From an uncultured Gemmatimonadales bacterium (GTDB lineage: Bacteria > Gemmatimonadota > Gemmatimonadetes > Longimicrobiales > Longimicrobiaceae), in the NCBI GenBank assembly GCA_963716255.1, contig OY970303.1, forward strand, positions 3,072,001 to 3,136,000: a stretch of DNA of 64,000 nt. The letters are read 5' to 3'. Of this stretch, positions 43,888 to 52,477 are shown in pieces. How positions within the stretch are numbered: the first letter of the stretch is position 1; the number at the start of each line of letters is the position of its first letter. The notes under the pieces were generated by a model, which did not search any database, had not been told where the DNA came from, and saw only the letters and a program-made list of their open reading frames with translations. The position numbers and the translations under genes are program-made.

Positions 43888-46800
43888 ATGCGCATCGGTG
43901 TCACCCGCAGGCTGCTGGTCGTGTTGTCGCTCGCGCTCGTCACGTCGTGCGGTGAATCGGGCGGGGGACCCACCGCGCCGGAGCCCTCCGGCGCGGGAAT
44001 CCAGAGCCAGGAGGGCGTGCACCTCGTCCTGGCCGGCGGCGACCGCCAGTCCGGGTTCACCGGCGCGCCGCTGGCGAGCGCCGTGGTGGTGCGCGCGCTG
44101 GACGCGAGGGACCAGCCGGTGCCCGGCGTCGCCCTCACCTTCACGGCCACGGCGGGCGGCGGGAGCGTCGCCCAGGCGCAGGTGAGCACGGACGCCATGG
44201 GGAACGCACAGGCGCAGTGGACGCTCGGCGCGGCGGCGGGGGCGCAGACGCTCCAGGTGTCCGGCCCCGGCGGCATGGCGGTGGCGGCGACGGCGACCGC
44301 CGCCGCGCCCCCGGCGCCCGTGGCGCGGGTGCGCATCCAGCCGGATTCGCTGGCGCTGACCGTGGGAAGCACGGGCGCCTTCAGCGCGACCGCGCTGGAC
44401 GCGCAGGGGAACGAGCTGGCCGGGCGCACCGTCACCTGGACCACCTCCAACGCAGGGGTGGCCGCCCTGGGCTCCGGGGCCACCGTGACCGGCGTGGCGC
44501 AGGGGACGGCCACGGTCACCGCCACGGTGGAGGGCGTGACGGCGAGCGCCCCGGTGCGCGTCCTCCCGCCCCCGGTCGTGCCCGTGGCGCGGGTGCGCAT
44601 CCAGCCCGACTCGCTGGTGCTGATGATCGGGAGCACGGGGACCTTCAGCGCCGCCGCCCTGGACGCGCAGGGCAACGTGCTCGCCGGGCGCACGGTCACC
44701 TGGACGCTGGCCAACCCGCAGGGCGCGTTCGGGCCGGGCTACGTGGCCACCCTGGGCGCCGGCGCGGTCGTCACCGGCGTGGGCCAGGGGACCGCGACGG
44801 TAACGGCGACCGTGGAGGGCGTGTCGGCCATCGCGACCGTGCGGGTTTTCCCGGTGCCCGTGGCGCGCCTGAGCGTGCGGCCCGATTCGCTGGACCTGCT
44901 CCCCGGCGCCAGCGCGGAGCTGTTCGCCGTGGCGCTGGACGCGCAGGGCAACGTGCTCACCGGGCGGCCGGTGGCGTGGGCGTCGTCGGACGCGCGCGTG
45001 GCGGCGGTGGGAAGCACGGGCACGGTCGCCGGGGTCGCCGACGGGACCGCGACGATCACGGCCACGGTGGAAGGGATCAGTGCGAGCGCCCGGGTGCGGG
45101 TGCGGACACCCCCCCCGGCCGCGGTGGCGACGCTGGAGCTCCGCCCCGACTCTGTGACGCTGGAGGTGGGCAGGCAGCGGACGTTCATCGCCACCGCCCG
45201 GGACGTGAACGGCAACGCGCTGAGCGGGCGCGTGGTGACCTGGAGCACCTCCAACCCGGCGGTGGCGTCCTTCGGCGCCCCGGGGGGGAGCCTGGTCACG
45301 GCGCTGGCGGAGGGGACCGCGACGATCACCGCCACCTCCGAGGGAGTCTCGGCGACCTCCACGGTGCGCGTCGTGGCTCCCATCTCTGCCCGCGTGGCGA
45401 CGGTCCGCATCCAGCCCGACTCGCTGGCGCTCGCCGCGGGGAGCACCGGCAACTTCGACGCGACCGCGCTGGACGCCCAGGGCAACGTGCTCACCGGGCG
45501 CACCGTCGTCTGGACCACGGCGAACGCGCAGGTGGCGTCGGTCGGCGCGGGGGGCACAGTGACCGGCGTCGCGCAGGGCAGCACGCAGGTCACCGCGACG
45601 GTGGAGGGCGTCACCGCCAGCGCCCCGGTGCGCGTCTTCCGGGTACCCGTGGCGCGGGTGCGCATCCAGCCCGATTCGCTGGTGCTGACGGCCGGGGGCA
45701 CCGGCGCCTTCACCGCGACCGCTCTGGACGCGCAGGGCAACGCGCTGGCCGGGCGCACCGTCACCTGGACGGTCTCCAACACCGGCGTGGCCGCGCTCGG
45801 CGCCGGCGGCGTCGTGACCGGCGTGGCGCAGGGCACGGCCACGATCAACGCCACGGTGGAGGGGATCACGGCGAGCGCCCCGGTGCGCGTGCTCCCGCGT
45901 CCCGGCGGGCCCGTGGCGCGGGTGCGCATCCAGCCGGACTCGATGGTGCTGATGATCGGCAGCTCGGGCAACTTCGACGCGACCGCGCTGGACGCCGAGG
46001 GCAACGTGCTCACCGGCCGCACGATCACCTGGACGCTGGCCAACCCGCAGGGCGGGTTCGGCCCGGGCTACGTGGCCACGCTGGGCGCAGGCGGCGCGGT
46101 CACCGGCGTGGGCCAGGGGACCGCGACCGTCACGGCGACGGTGGAGGGCGTGTCGGCCACCGCCACCGTGCGGGTGTTCCCGGTGCCGGTGGCGCGCCTG
46201 AGCGTTCGGCCCGATTCGCTGGACCTGCTCCCCGGCGCCAGCACGGAGCTGTTCGCCGTGGCGCTGGATGCGCAGGGCAACGTGCTCACCGGGCGGCCGG
46301 TGACGTGGGCATCGTCGGATGCACGCGTGGCGGCGGTGGGGAGCACGGGCACGGTCGCCGGGGTCGCCGACGGGACGGCGACGATCACGGCCACCTCCGA
46401 GGGGGTCACCGCCACCGCCCGGGTGCGGGTGCGGGTGCCCCCGCCGGCCCCGGTGGCGACCCTGGTCCTCAACCCCGACTCGGCGACGCTGGAGGTGGGG
46501 AAGCAGCGGACGTTCTCCGCCATCGCCAGGGACGTGAACGGCAACCTTCTCAGCGGGCGCGTGGTGACGTGGAGCACGTCCAACCCCGCGGTGGCGGCCT
46601 TCGGCGCCTCGGGGAGCCTGGTGACGGCGCTGGCGGAGGGGACCGCGACGATCACGGCCACTTCCGAGGGAATCTCGGCGACCGCCACGGTGCGGGTGGT
46701 GCCCGCCGCGCCCAGGGTGGCGACGGTGAAGGTGATCCCCGACACGCTCTCCATGTTCCCCGGCGACAGCCTGCAGTTCAGGGCCGTCGCGCTGGACGCG

Positions 46801-47700
46801 CAGGGGAACGTCATGACCGGGCTCACGGTGAGCTGGAGCGGGAACTCGAGCTACGGCACCGGCGCGCAGGTGAGCCGGAGCGGCATGGTGACGGCGTGGG
46901 CCGAGGGCACGACCACCGTCCGCGCCACGGTGAGCGGGGTCACGGGAACCTCCACGGTGCGGGTGAAGCCGGCTCCCCTCAGCAACGTCGGGGTGAAGGT
47001 GATCCGCAAGTACGTCCCCATCACCGGTGCCAACCTGGACGTTTCCACCGGTCCCAGGCCGGTCCGCTTCATCGTCGAGTTCACGGAGGCCGTGAAGGAC
47101 ATGTCGCTGCGCATCCGCAGCCCCGGGGGGATGCGGATCGACTGCGGCCGGTCGTACGCCGACAACATCTTCCAGAAGGAGTTCTTCTGCGAGCTGGAGA
47201 TCCCGGGCGGAGCGGACCCGGGGCTGTGGCGGGTGGAGCAGCTGGTGCTCACCACCAGCAACGGGTCACGCACCCTCTCCTCGGCGGACCTGGACGCCGA
47301 GAACGTCCCGGGGCGGGCCTTCTCCGTGTTCGGCTCGGGTACGGACCGTGAGGCGCCGGTGGTGACCGCGGTGATCAACCGCGGGCGCGAGTCGGGCAGG
47401 TTCTGGATCCGGTACGACCTGGTGGACTACGTGACGGGCGTGCGCAGCTCCTCGGCGACGCTGCGCAACGTTGCCACCGGGCAGACGGTGACCTGCACGG
47501 GGAACCCGTCGCGCGGTGCCCTCGCCAAGTACGGCGAAAACCTCTGCCCGCTGGACGTTCCCGAGGGGGAGCGGTGGCAGCTCGTCTCCATCACCGCGAC
47601 GGACGGAGTGGGCAACACGGCGACCTACACGCCGGCGCAGATCGACGCGGTCCGGGGACTGTTCGAGCAGACGCACCTCACCTACGAGTTCACCTCATAG
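43888..47700 (+). CDS. Large Ig-like (Big_1/Big_2) repeat lipoprotein, putative adhesin/surface protein
   Basis: Lipobox LVTSC; about ten repeats of VARV.I.PDSL.L..G....F.A.ALDAQGN.L.GR.VTW...VA....VTG...GTAT.TAT.EG; distinct Cys-containing C-terminal domain. Confidence 0.9.
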   Translation: MRIGVTRRLLVVLSLALVTSCGESGGGPTAPEPSGAGIQSQEGVHLVLAGGDRQSGFTGAPLASAVVVRALDARDQPVPGVALTFTATAGGGSVAQAQVSTDAMGNAQAQWTLGAAAGAQTLQVSGPGGMAVAATATAAAPPAPVARVRIQPDSLALTVGSTGAFSATALDAQGNELAGRTVTWTTSNAGVAALGSGATVTGVAQGTATVTATVEGVTASAPVRVLPPPVVPVARVRIQPDSLVLMIGSTGTFSAAALDAQGNVLAGRTVTWTLANPQGAFGPGYVATLGAGAVVTGVGQGTATVTATVEGVSAIATVRVFPVPVARLSVRPDSLDLLPGASAELFAVALDAQGNVLTGRPVAWASSDARVAAVGSTGTVAGVADGTATITATVEGISASARVRVRTPPPAAVATLELRPDSVTLEVGRQRTFIATARDVNGNALSGRVVTWSTSNPAVASFGAPGGSLVTALAEGTATITATSEGVSATSTVRVVAPISARVATVRIQPDSLALAAGSTGNFDATALDAQGNVLTGRTVVWTTANAQVASVGAGGTVTGVAQGSTQVTATVEGVTASAPVRVFRVPVARVRIQPDSLVLTAGGTGAFTATALDAQGNALAGRTVTWTVSNTGVAALGAGGVVTGVAQGTATINATVEGITASAPVRVLPRPGGPVARVRIQPDSMVLMIGSSGNFDATALDAEGNVLTGRTITWTLANPQGGFGPGYVATLGAGGAVTGVGQGTATVTATVEGVSATATVRVFPVPVARLSVRPDSLDLLPGASTELFAVALDAQGNVLTGRPVTWASSDARVAAVGSTGTVAGVADGTATITATSEGVTATARVRVRVPPPAPVATLVLNPDSATLEVGKQRTFSAIARDVNGNLLSGRVVTWSTSNPAVAAFGASGSLVTALAEGTATITATSEGISATATVRVVPAAPRVATVKVIPDTLSMFPGDSLQFRAVALDAQGNVMTGLTVSWSGNSSYGTGAQVSRSGMVTAWAEGTTTVRATVSGVTGTSTVRVKPAPLSNVGVKVIRKYVPITGANLDVSTGPRPVRFIVEFTEAVKDMSLRIRSPGGMRIDCGRSYADNIFQKEFFCELEIPGGADPGLWRVEQLVLTTSNGSRTLSSADLDAENVPGRAFSVFGSGTDREAPVVTAVINRGRESGRFWIRYDLVDYVTGVRSSSATLRNVATGQTVTCTGNPSRGALAKYGENLCPLDVPEGERWQLVSITATDGVGNTATYTPAQIDAVRGLFEQTHLTYEFTS

Positions 47701-47720
47701 CGACGGGGAGGGGATACAAT

Positions 47721-47759
47721 GCAGAAGGGGGTGGGCTCCGGCCCACCCCCTTCTGCTTT
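47721..47759 (+). terminator. Intrinsic terminator; marks the right end of host-like sequence before the island
   Basis: GCAGAAGGGGGTGGGC-TCCG-GCCCACCCCCTTCTGC-TTT. Confidence 0.85.
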
Positions 47760-47864
47760 CCCGTGCGGCTCTGCATGCGTCCGGTACGCGGATAGTTGCG
47801 TGGCGATGGCTGCCGCGCCGGCTCTTAGGTCTGTGCGGGCCTGCCGAACTCTAACAGGATCGGC

Positions 47865-48713
47865 TCAATGGCCAAATCCTCCATTGGTTGATGGCGCCTT
47901 GTTGGCTTCGCCGCTGACCACCCAAGGCCCCGCGCCACGCGCGACGATGGTGGCGAAGTTTTGGTATATTATTTTACGTAAAATCTCTTCGCTCTCACCC
48001 CGCAAACTCGCAGTGGCGCGAATCAGCTCCCTAACGTCGAAAGGCTCGGCTTCACGCCCCCGTTGCTGCACAAAAGGGCCATCTGTTTCCGTAAGAAGCC
48101 GAGCAGTGGGGATGCGAGCAACAACTTCGCGACCTTGGGCAGACCTCACCATTGCTGGGTTTACTGAGAAGTAGCACCCAGCCGCGGCAGCCTGTTCCAA
48201 GACCGAAAAAGATCCCGAATACCAGTGCAGGATCGCCGTCCCGGGGAAGCCCTCCACGGATGCAACCACATCGGCGGCCGCACGCCTGCTGTGTACGGAG
48301 AGGACACGAGCCGGGTCTGATGCACAAGCGTCAATAATGGCGGAGAAGACCCGGCGTTGGGTGGAGGGCTGTGCCGCTGCATCCCGAGTGTAGTCGAGTC
48401 CTACCTCGCCGATGTACCGTGTTTCACTTAGGTATTCCCGAAACTCCTGCAGCGGCTCTGCCGCCCCGGTGACATGGACCGGATGATAACCGAGCGCCGG
48501 ACGAACGTACCTGTGACCTTTCGTGAGTACCTGAGTAAGGGGGAAGTCGCTAGGGCGGATCGTCACGGCGATACAGAAGATCTGCTCTCGCTCCAAATCC
48601 TCGATAATACGGTCGGGATCCGCGGCATGGTCTAGGTGGTAGTGGGTGTCGACGAGCCATGACCCATGTCTTGGCTTGGCCACGTGTTCCATTGGCACCA
48701 ACTCAACCACCAT
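47865..48713 (-). CDS. TatD family nuclease, QatD-like
   Basis: DTHYH, ALGYHP, IGEVGLDY, SVHSRR, LHWYSG, LTETDGP. Confidence 0.92.
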   Translation of the reverse strand: MVVELVPMEHVAKPRHGSWLVDTHYHLDHAADPDRIIEDLEREQIFCIAVTIRPSDFPLTQVLTKGHRYVRPALGYHPVHVTGAAEPLQEFREYLSETRYIGEVGLDYTRDAAAQPSTQRRVFSAIIDACASDPARVLSVHSRRAAADVVASVEGFPGTAILHWYSGSFSVLEQAAAAGCYFSVNPAMVRSAQGREVVARIPTARLLTETDGPFVQQRGREAEPFDVRELIRATASLRGESEEILRKIIYQNFATIVARGAGPWVVSGEANKAPSTNGGFGH

Positions 48714-49335
48714 TTGGTCGGTAGCGACGATACGCCACCTCTACGCGCTGTGCTAGGGCACTGAACTCCCGGATCGCGGAGTTCACCTCCTCCTCCGTAT
48801 AAACGCGCCCCTGAAGTCCGCCACCATCAAGACGCTGAACACCAATACTCGTATTCCCGCCGAAGAAGCCATACCTTTCGCTAAGCGCGGCCTGCAGTAG
48901 CGGCATGCGGAGCTCTTGGTTCCATGCATCGTCGTACGCGCCGAGCAGGACCCCTATGTGCCCAGCCTCGGTGATGTCCACCCTCCCGACCTGTCCTGTC
49001 AACGTTAAGAACTTCGTTGCGGCGAATTGGACGTTGAAGAAGGAGTCTGCGACGGCGGGTTGCTCTTGCGAGTACCATGCGTAATACGATGCAATCTGGT
49101 CAGTCACGTCTTGGATACGTGAGGCACTCTTCAGGTACTGGTTCCGCCCCAGAGCCGCCACCATCCCAGCAGTCACCTCCTCAAGTGTGGCGCCCTTGTG
49201 TATGCGACGAATCCCATTCTTCAGGTACGAGTTATAGCCAGCGCGCGGACCACTCTCGGCTGGATTAACCTTCTGTGCCAACCAGCCCGCTGGATCACGC
49301 CTACAGATCGCAAGTTCCCGGTGGGCGATTCTCAT
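48703..49335 (-). CDS. Hypothetical protein, possible degenerate PD-(D/E)XK fold
   Basis: ATGA overlap with the queC-like stop. LTLTGQVGRVD resembles the L.G.IDRID of AddB/Cas4-like nucleases, but no D/E-x-K follows. Confidence 0.65.
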   Translation of the reverse strand: MRIAHRELAICRRDPAGWLAQKVNPAESGPRAGYNSYLKNGIRRIHKGATLEEVTAGMVAALGRNQYLKSASRIQDVTDQIASYYAWYSQEQPAVADSFFNVQFAATKFLTLTGQVGRVDITEAGHIGVLLGAYDDAWNQELRMPLLQAALSERYGFFGGNTSIGVQRLDGGGLQGRVYTEEEVNSAIREFSALAQRVEVAYRRYRPNGG

Positions 49336-50633
49336 GCGAGAAGCGCGGCGACTGTGGGCCGCTGACCCAGCACCACACGAGCTTCTTCTGCGAAGCGCCG
49401 GTACATCGTGATCGTACGCGGAGCATCTATGTGCTCGGAGTATAGCTCGGGCCACAACTCCATTATGTCTGCATCACTCGATAGCTCGATGGTACGCACG
49501 AACTCCACAAGGTCGGACAGGTTGCGTCGGCCGATGTCCTCGGGGCCAAGCCTGGCGAAGTCCGCCGCCCATAGGTCACGACCATACCGGGTCGGGTCAT
49601 CACCATGGTACTCAATGGCGATTCGCCGTACATAGCAGGGCACACACTCTCCACAGTGGTGTGCACCGCCCGCTCCACCACGCGCGTTTTTCCAGCAGCT
49701 TTCGGTTATCTCGATCGCCCCTGGCATCTGGGCCACTACCTCCCTCACCACCTCAGCCTTAGTGTGGTGAAGAAACGGGTTTTCAATCACCATCTCAAAA
49801 CCCAACGCCAACGCGAGGTAGTCACGCATCGGGGCAAGGACATCAGGATGAGCAGTGTGTGTAGAGAAAGCCCCAATCCGGGCGTTGGTGAGAGGCAGGT
49901 GGATCGCCATTTGACCGTTCTCTGCCAGCACCACTAGCCGGTGGTTTCCGGCTCGCCGTGCGGCTAGTGCTCCAAGGGTCATGAACAGGAACGAGCGAGT
50001 ACGCTGACTTCCCTCCACTGCGTGCTCTGCTACAGCATCCTGATCACCCGGTCGGCTAGAGGCGAAAAACTGATAGTGAGAGACTGGTCCGAAGCGGTTC
50101 TGCAACGCCTCTACCAGTGTCTGCTGCGCCTTCTTCGTCTTCGCATTACGCGTTACATGTGAGACGAGTTGGTGCAGTTTCCCTTCTGCAGCATACATAT
50201 GAGCTGCAGCAAATGAATCTAGTCCCCCCGAGAAGAGAAGAGTTCGACCTTCTTGGCTTGTGTCGAAGACTTGCGTCTCCGGGTTACCCTGGGACTGGCG
50301 GAGCTGAATCTCCCAGAAGTCGTTTGCGAGGGTCCGGAGGATCTGCTCGACCAATGGGACAAGCGGCATTAGCCGGAACGTATTAACAACGGGGATAGAG
50401 AGAACAATATCCCGGCCGAACTCCTCACGCTCGCCGCGTTTGGTCGCCCTATCTGCGGCAAAGACCGCAGAAGCGAGGCGCAGAAGGTCCGCCTCCAACG
50501 TTGTTGGGGCCCCAATCTGCTTTCGAAAGTCCTTCTCCCCCGTATAGAGCGTAGAGCGCGTATCAAGTACATAGTTGTACCCGGCTCCATCACCATCAGC
50601 ATCGCTTTGGCGTACGAAATAGGAGGTCATCAT
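49332..50633 (-). CDS. QueC-like (7-cyano-7-deazaguanine synthase family) protein, QatC-like
   Basis: N-terminal extension (DLLRLASAVFAADR...R), PP-loop LFSGGLDS, RTRSFLF, ENG, T.TAHP, NPF...TK, Zn site CW...HCGECVPC. Confidence 0.9.
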   Translation of the reverse strand: MMTSYFVRQSDADGDGAGYNYVLDTRSTLYTGEKDFRKQIGAPTTLEADLLRLASAVFAADRATKRGEREEFGRDIVLSIPVVNTFRLMPLVPLVEQILRTLANDFWEIQLRQSQGNPETQVFDTSQEGRTLLFSGGLDSFAAAHMYAAEGKLHQLVSHVTRNAKTKKAQQTLVEALQNRFGPVSHYQFFASSRPGDQDAVAEHAVEGSQRTRSFLFMTLGALAARRAGNHRLVVLAENGQMAIHLPLTNARIGAFSTHTAHPDVLAPMRDYLALALGFEMVIENPFLHHTKAEVVREVVAQMPGAIEITESCWKNARGGAGGAHHCGECVPCYVRRIAIEYHGDDPTRYGRDLWAADFARLGPEDIGRRNLSDLVEFVRTIELSSDADIMELWPELYSEHIDAPRTITMYRRFAEEARVVLGQRPTVAALLA

Positions 50634-51202
50634 CCCTCCTTCCCTGCACCAGACAGTTGGGCAACCACATCGCCTACGTAACCACGCCACGCAGTAGAGT
50701 CGGTGGGTGGGGCACCCACGCGACTCACCACGTCCACAGTGGCGCGGCGGATCTCGCCCTTGAGTGCGATGGCTTCTGCCGCGGTCTGAACCCGCTGCGG
50801 TGCCCCAACGTAGCTCGGGAGATCCCGGGATGCATAGTAGGCACTAGCCTCCGCGAACAACTCCCCGGCGAACCGGGCGGCACCGCCTCCTTGGGCTGCC
50901 ACACGGGCCAAGGCGCGCCGGCCCATGTCGACTATTGGGCCAGCCGCTCTACCATAGGCGGCAGCGGTATCGAACCCCTGCAGCGCCTCACGCACCGAAT
51001 CACCGCGCGCCGCGATCGCGCACGCAGTCGCAAACACCGGTGCGGCGAATGATTCTGTGAGATCTGATCCGCGCTCGGCGTTCGCGGCCTGCCAAAGGAG
51101 CTGCGCTTGTCGCTCAGGGCTGAGATTGCGTCGCCCAAGCGCGGCCTTCGCTGGTCGCCACGCGGGAACGTTTGGTGAAGGGTCGTTCCGCGAGGTTCCC
51201 AT
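50630..51202 (-). CDS. QatB-like protein
   Basis: N-terminus MGTS, Ala-rich helical body, immediately upstream of and overlapping the QueC-like gene. Confidence 0.65.
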   Translation of the reverse strand: MGTSRNDPSPNVPAWRPAKAALGRRNLSPERQAQLLWQAANAERGSDLTESFAAPVFATACAIAARGDSVREALQGFDTAAAYGRAAGPIVDMGRRALARVAAQGGGAARFAGELFAEASAYYASRDLPSYVGAPQRVQTAAEAIALKGEIRRATVDVVSRVGAPPTDSTAWRGYVGDVVAQLSGAGKEG

Positions 51203-52236
51203 CAGTCCTTCCCGGTTGGGTAGCGTTCGTTTTCGGCATCAGCGATCTCGCGGCAGATCGCTGTGTCATCGACTAATCCACCAGAGAAGATTTGATTCCA
51301 ACGAAGAGCCCTCCGGAGCCCGGGCGCCTGCGTGAGCGCAGCAACAGCAGCAAGCACCGTCTCAGCCGGCATGAATGCGACTGGTGCTTGGAACTCTGCG
51401 TTGAATCGTGCAGACAGTGCAAGAAGAGTCTCAGGGCCCTGCTGGAAGGTTGAGGATACAAGGACCGCCGCAGCGATTCGGTTGTGCTCTCCCTGCCGGA
51501 CACGCTGTCGCACGACATACTCACCGAGTGGTCGCATCTCTGGCCAGCCAGCGCTAAATCCCTTTCCCCCCGCTGCCTTCGCATCGATCACGAGAAGCTC
51601 CGAGCGCGGTAATGGAGCGATCATGTCACTCACCGTCTGGCCACGTCGATTCCCGCCGAGCCGTTGAACATGTCGACCCAGGATGAATTCGAATGCGTCA
51701 GCGACCGCTTCCTCGAAATAGCGCCACGCCTCGCCTGCTATCTCAGTGGGGAGCTCGTTTCGAGCGAGAGTTACGAACTGTCCAGGGAAATCATCGGAAA
51801 GCGCTCGCCAACTTGGTACTGCACCACCGAGAATGTCTAGGAATTCGGTCCAGCCGAGTTGATTGCCCACGCCCAATTGGCCGACAAGTACCAGGGACCG
51901 GGCATCTTGGCGGGCTGCCGCCGCAAGCCGGAACTGAACCTCCTCTGGAAATTCATCTGTATCGGTGATTGCGATGCGGTACCGAATCACCGCGCCGAGT
52001 TGCCCCACCCGGTCACAATCGATTTCTATGTGCTGCCCGTGCCGCGTCGCACCTGCCACATTGTAGCCAGCGAAGAGAAGCGTGCGAGTAGCGATCGCTA
52101 CCCAGGCATTCTCACGCTTTCTGGTAAGCGGCGGCATTGACAAGTGTTCGGAATCCATGATTGAGGGCAACGCGTTGCCACGTGGGACGTGGCGCACCTT
52201 GTCGAACTCTTGCGTCAACCGCCTCAGGGTGGTCAC
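51202..52236 (-). CDS. Restriction endonuclease-like (Mrr-like PD-(D/E)XK) protein
   Basis: FEEAVADAF...G...SD......LVIDAK catalytic pattern in the C-terminal half; TGATG coupling to the next gene. The true start may be ATG 52159 or 52138. Confidence 0.72.
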   Translation of the reverse strand: MTTLRRLTQEFDKVRHVPRGNALPSIMDSEHLSMPPLTRKRENAWVAIATRTLLFAGYNVAGATRHGQHIEIDCDRVGQLGAVIRYRIAITDTDEFPEEVQFRLAAAARQDARSLVLVGQLGVGNQLGWTEFLDILGGAVPSWRALSDDFPGQFVTLARNELPTEIAGEAWRYFEEAVADAFEFILGRHVQRLGGNRRGQTVSDMIAPLPRSELLVIDAKAAGGKGFSAGWPEMRPLGEYVVRQRVRQGEHNRIAAAVLVSSTFQQGPETLLALSARFNAEFQAPVAFMPAETVLAAVAALTQAPGLRRALRWNQIFSGGLVDDTAICREIADAENERYPTGKD

Positions 52237-52477
52237 GCCTTCACGATTCCGGCACAGCGACTACCTCAAAGCACTTCAGAGTGCCTAATCTGAAGTGAAA
52301 CCGAAGCGCATGCAACAAGATCAGACTTTCACCAATAAACAACATGTGCCCGGTTCACAGGGATACCAGGCACATGAGTTCCTTTCCCTCGCTCGGACTC
52401 CAATACTTAGGCGGTGTACTCGCTGTTTTTGTTCTACACTAGTCAAATATCCAGGTGCACAACAGTAATTGAGCGAC

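Noticed and set aside
44317..46960. Possible CRISPR array or non-coding tandem repeat
   Set aside because: Repeats are ~270-nt in-frame Ig domains without unique spacers; no cas genes are in the window.
49332..50633. Housekeeping queC or Dpd-type DNA modification cluster
   Set aside because: The protein is about twice canonical QueC length. No queD/queE/queF/tgt/dpdA is nearby, and the context (QatB-like, TatD) fits defence.
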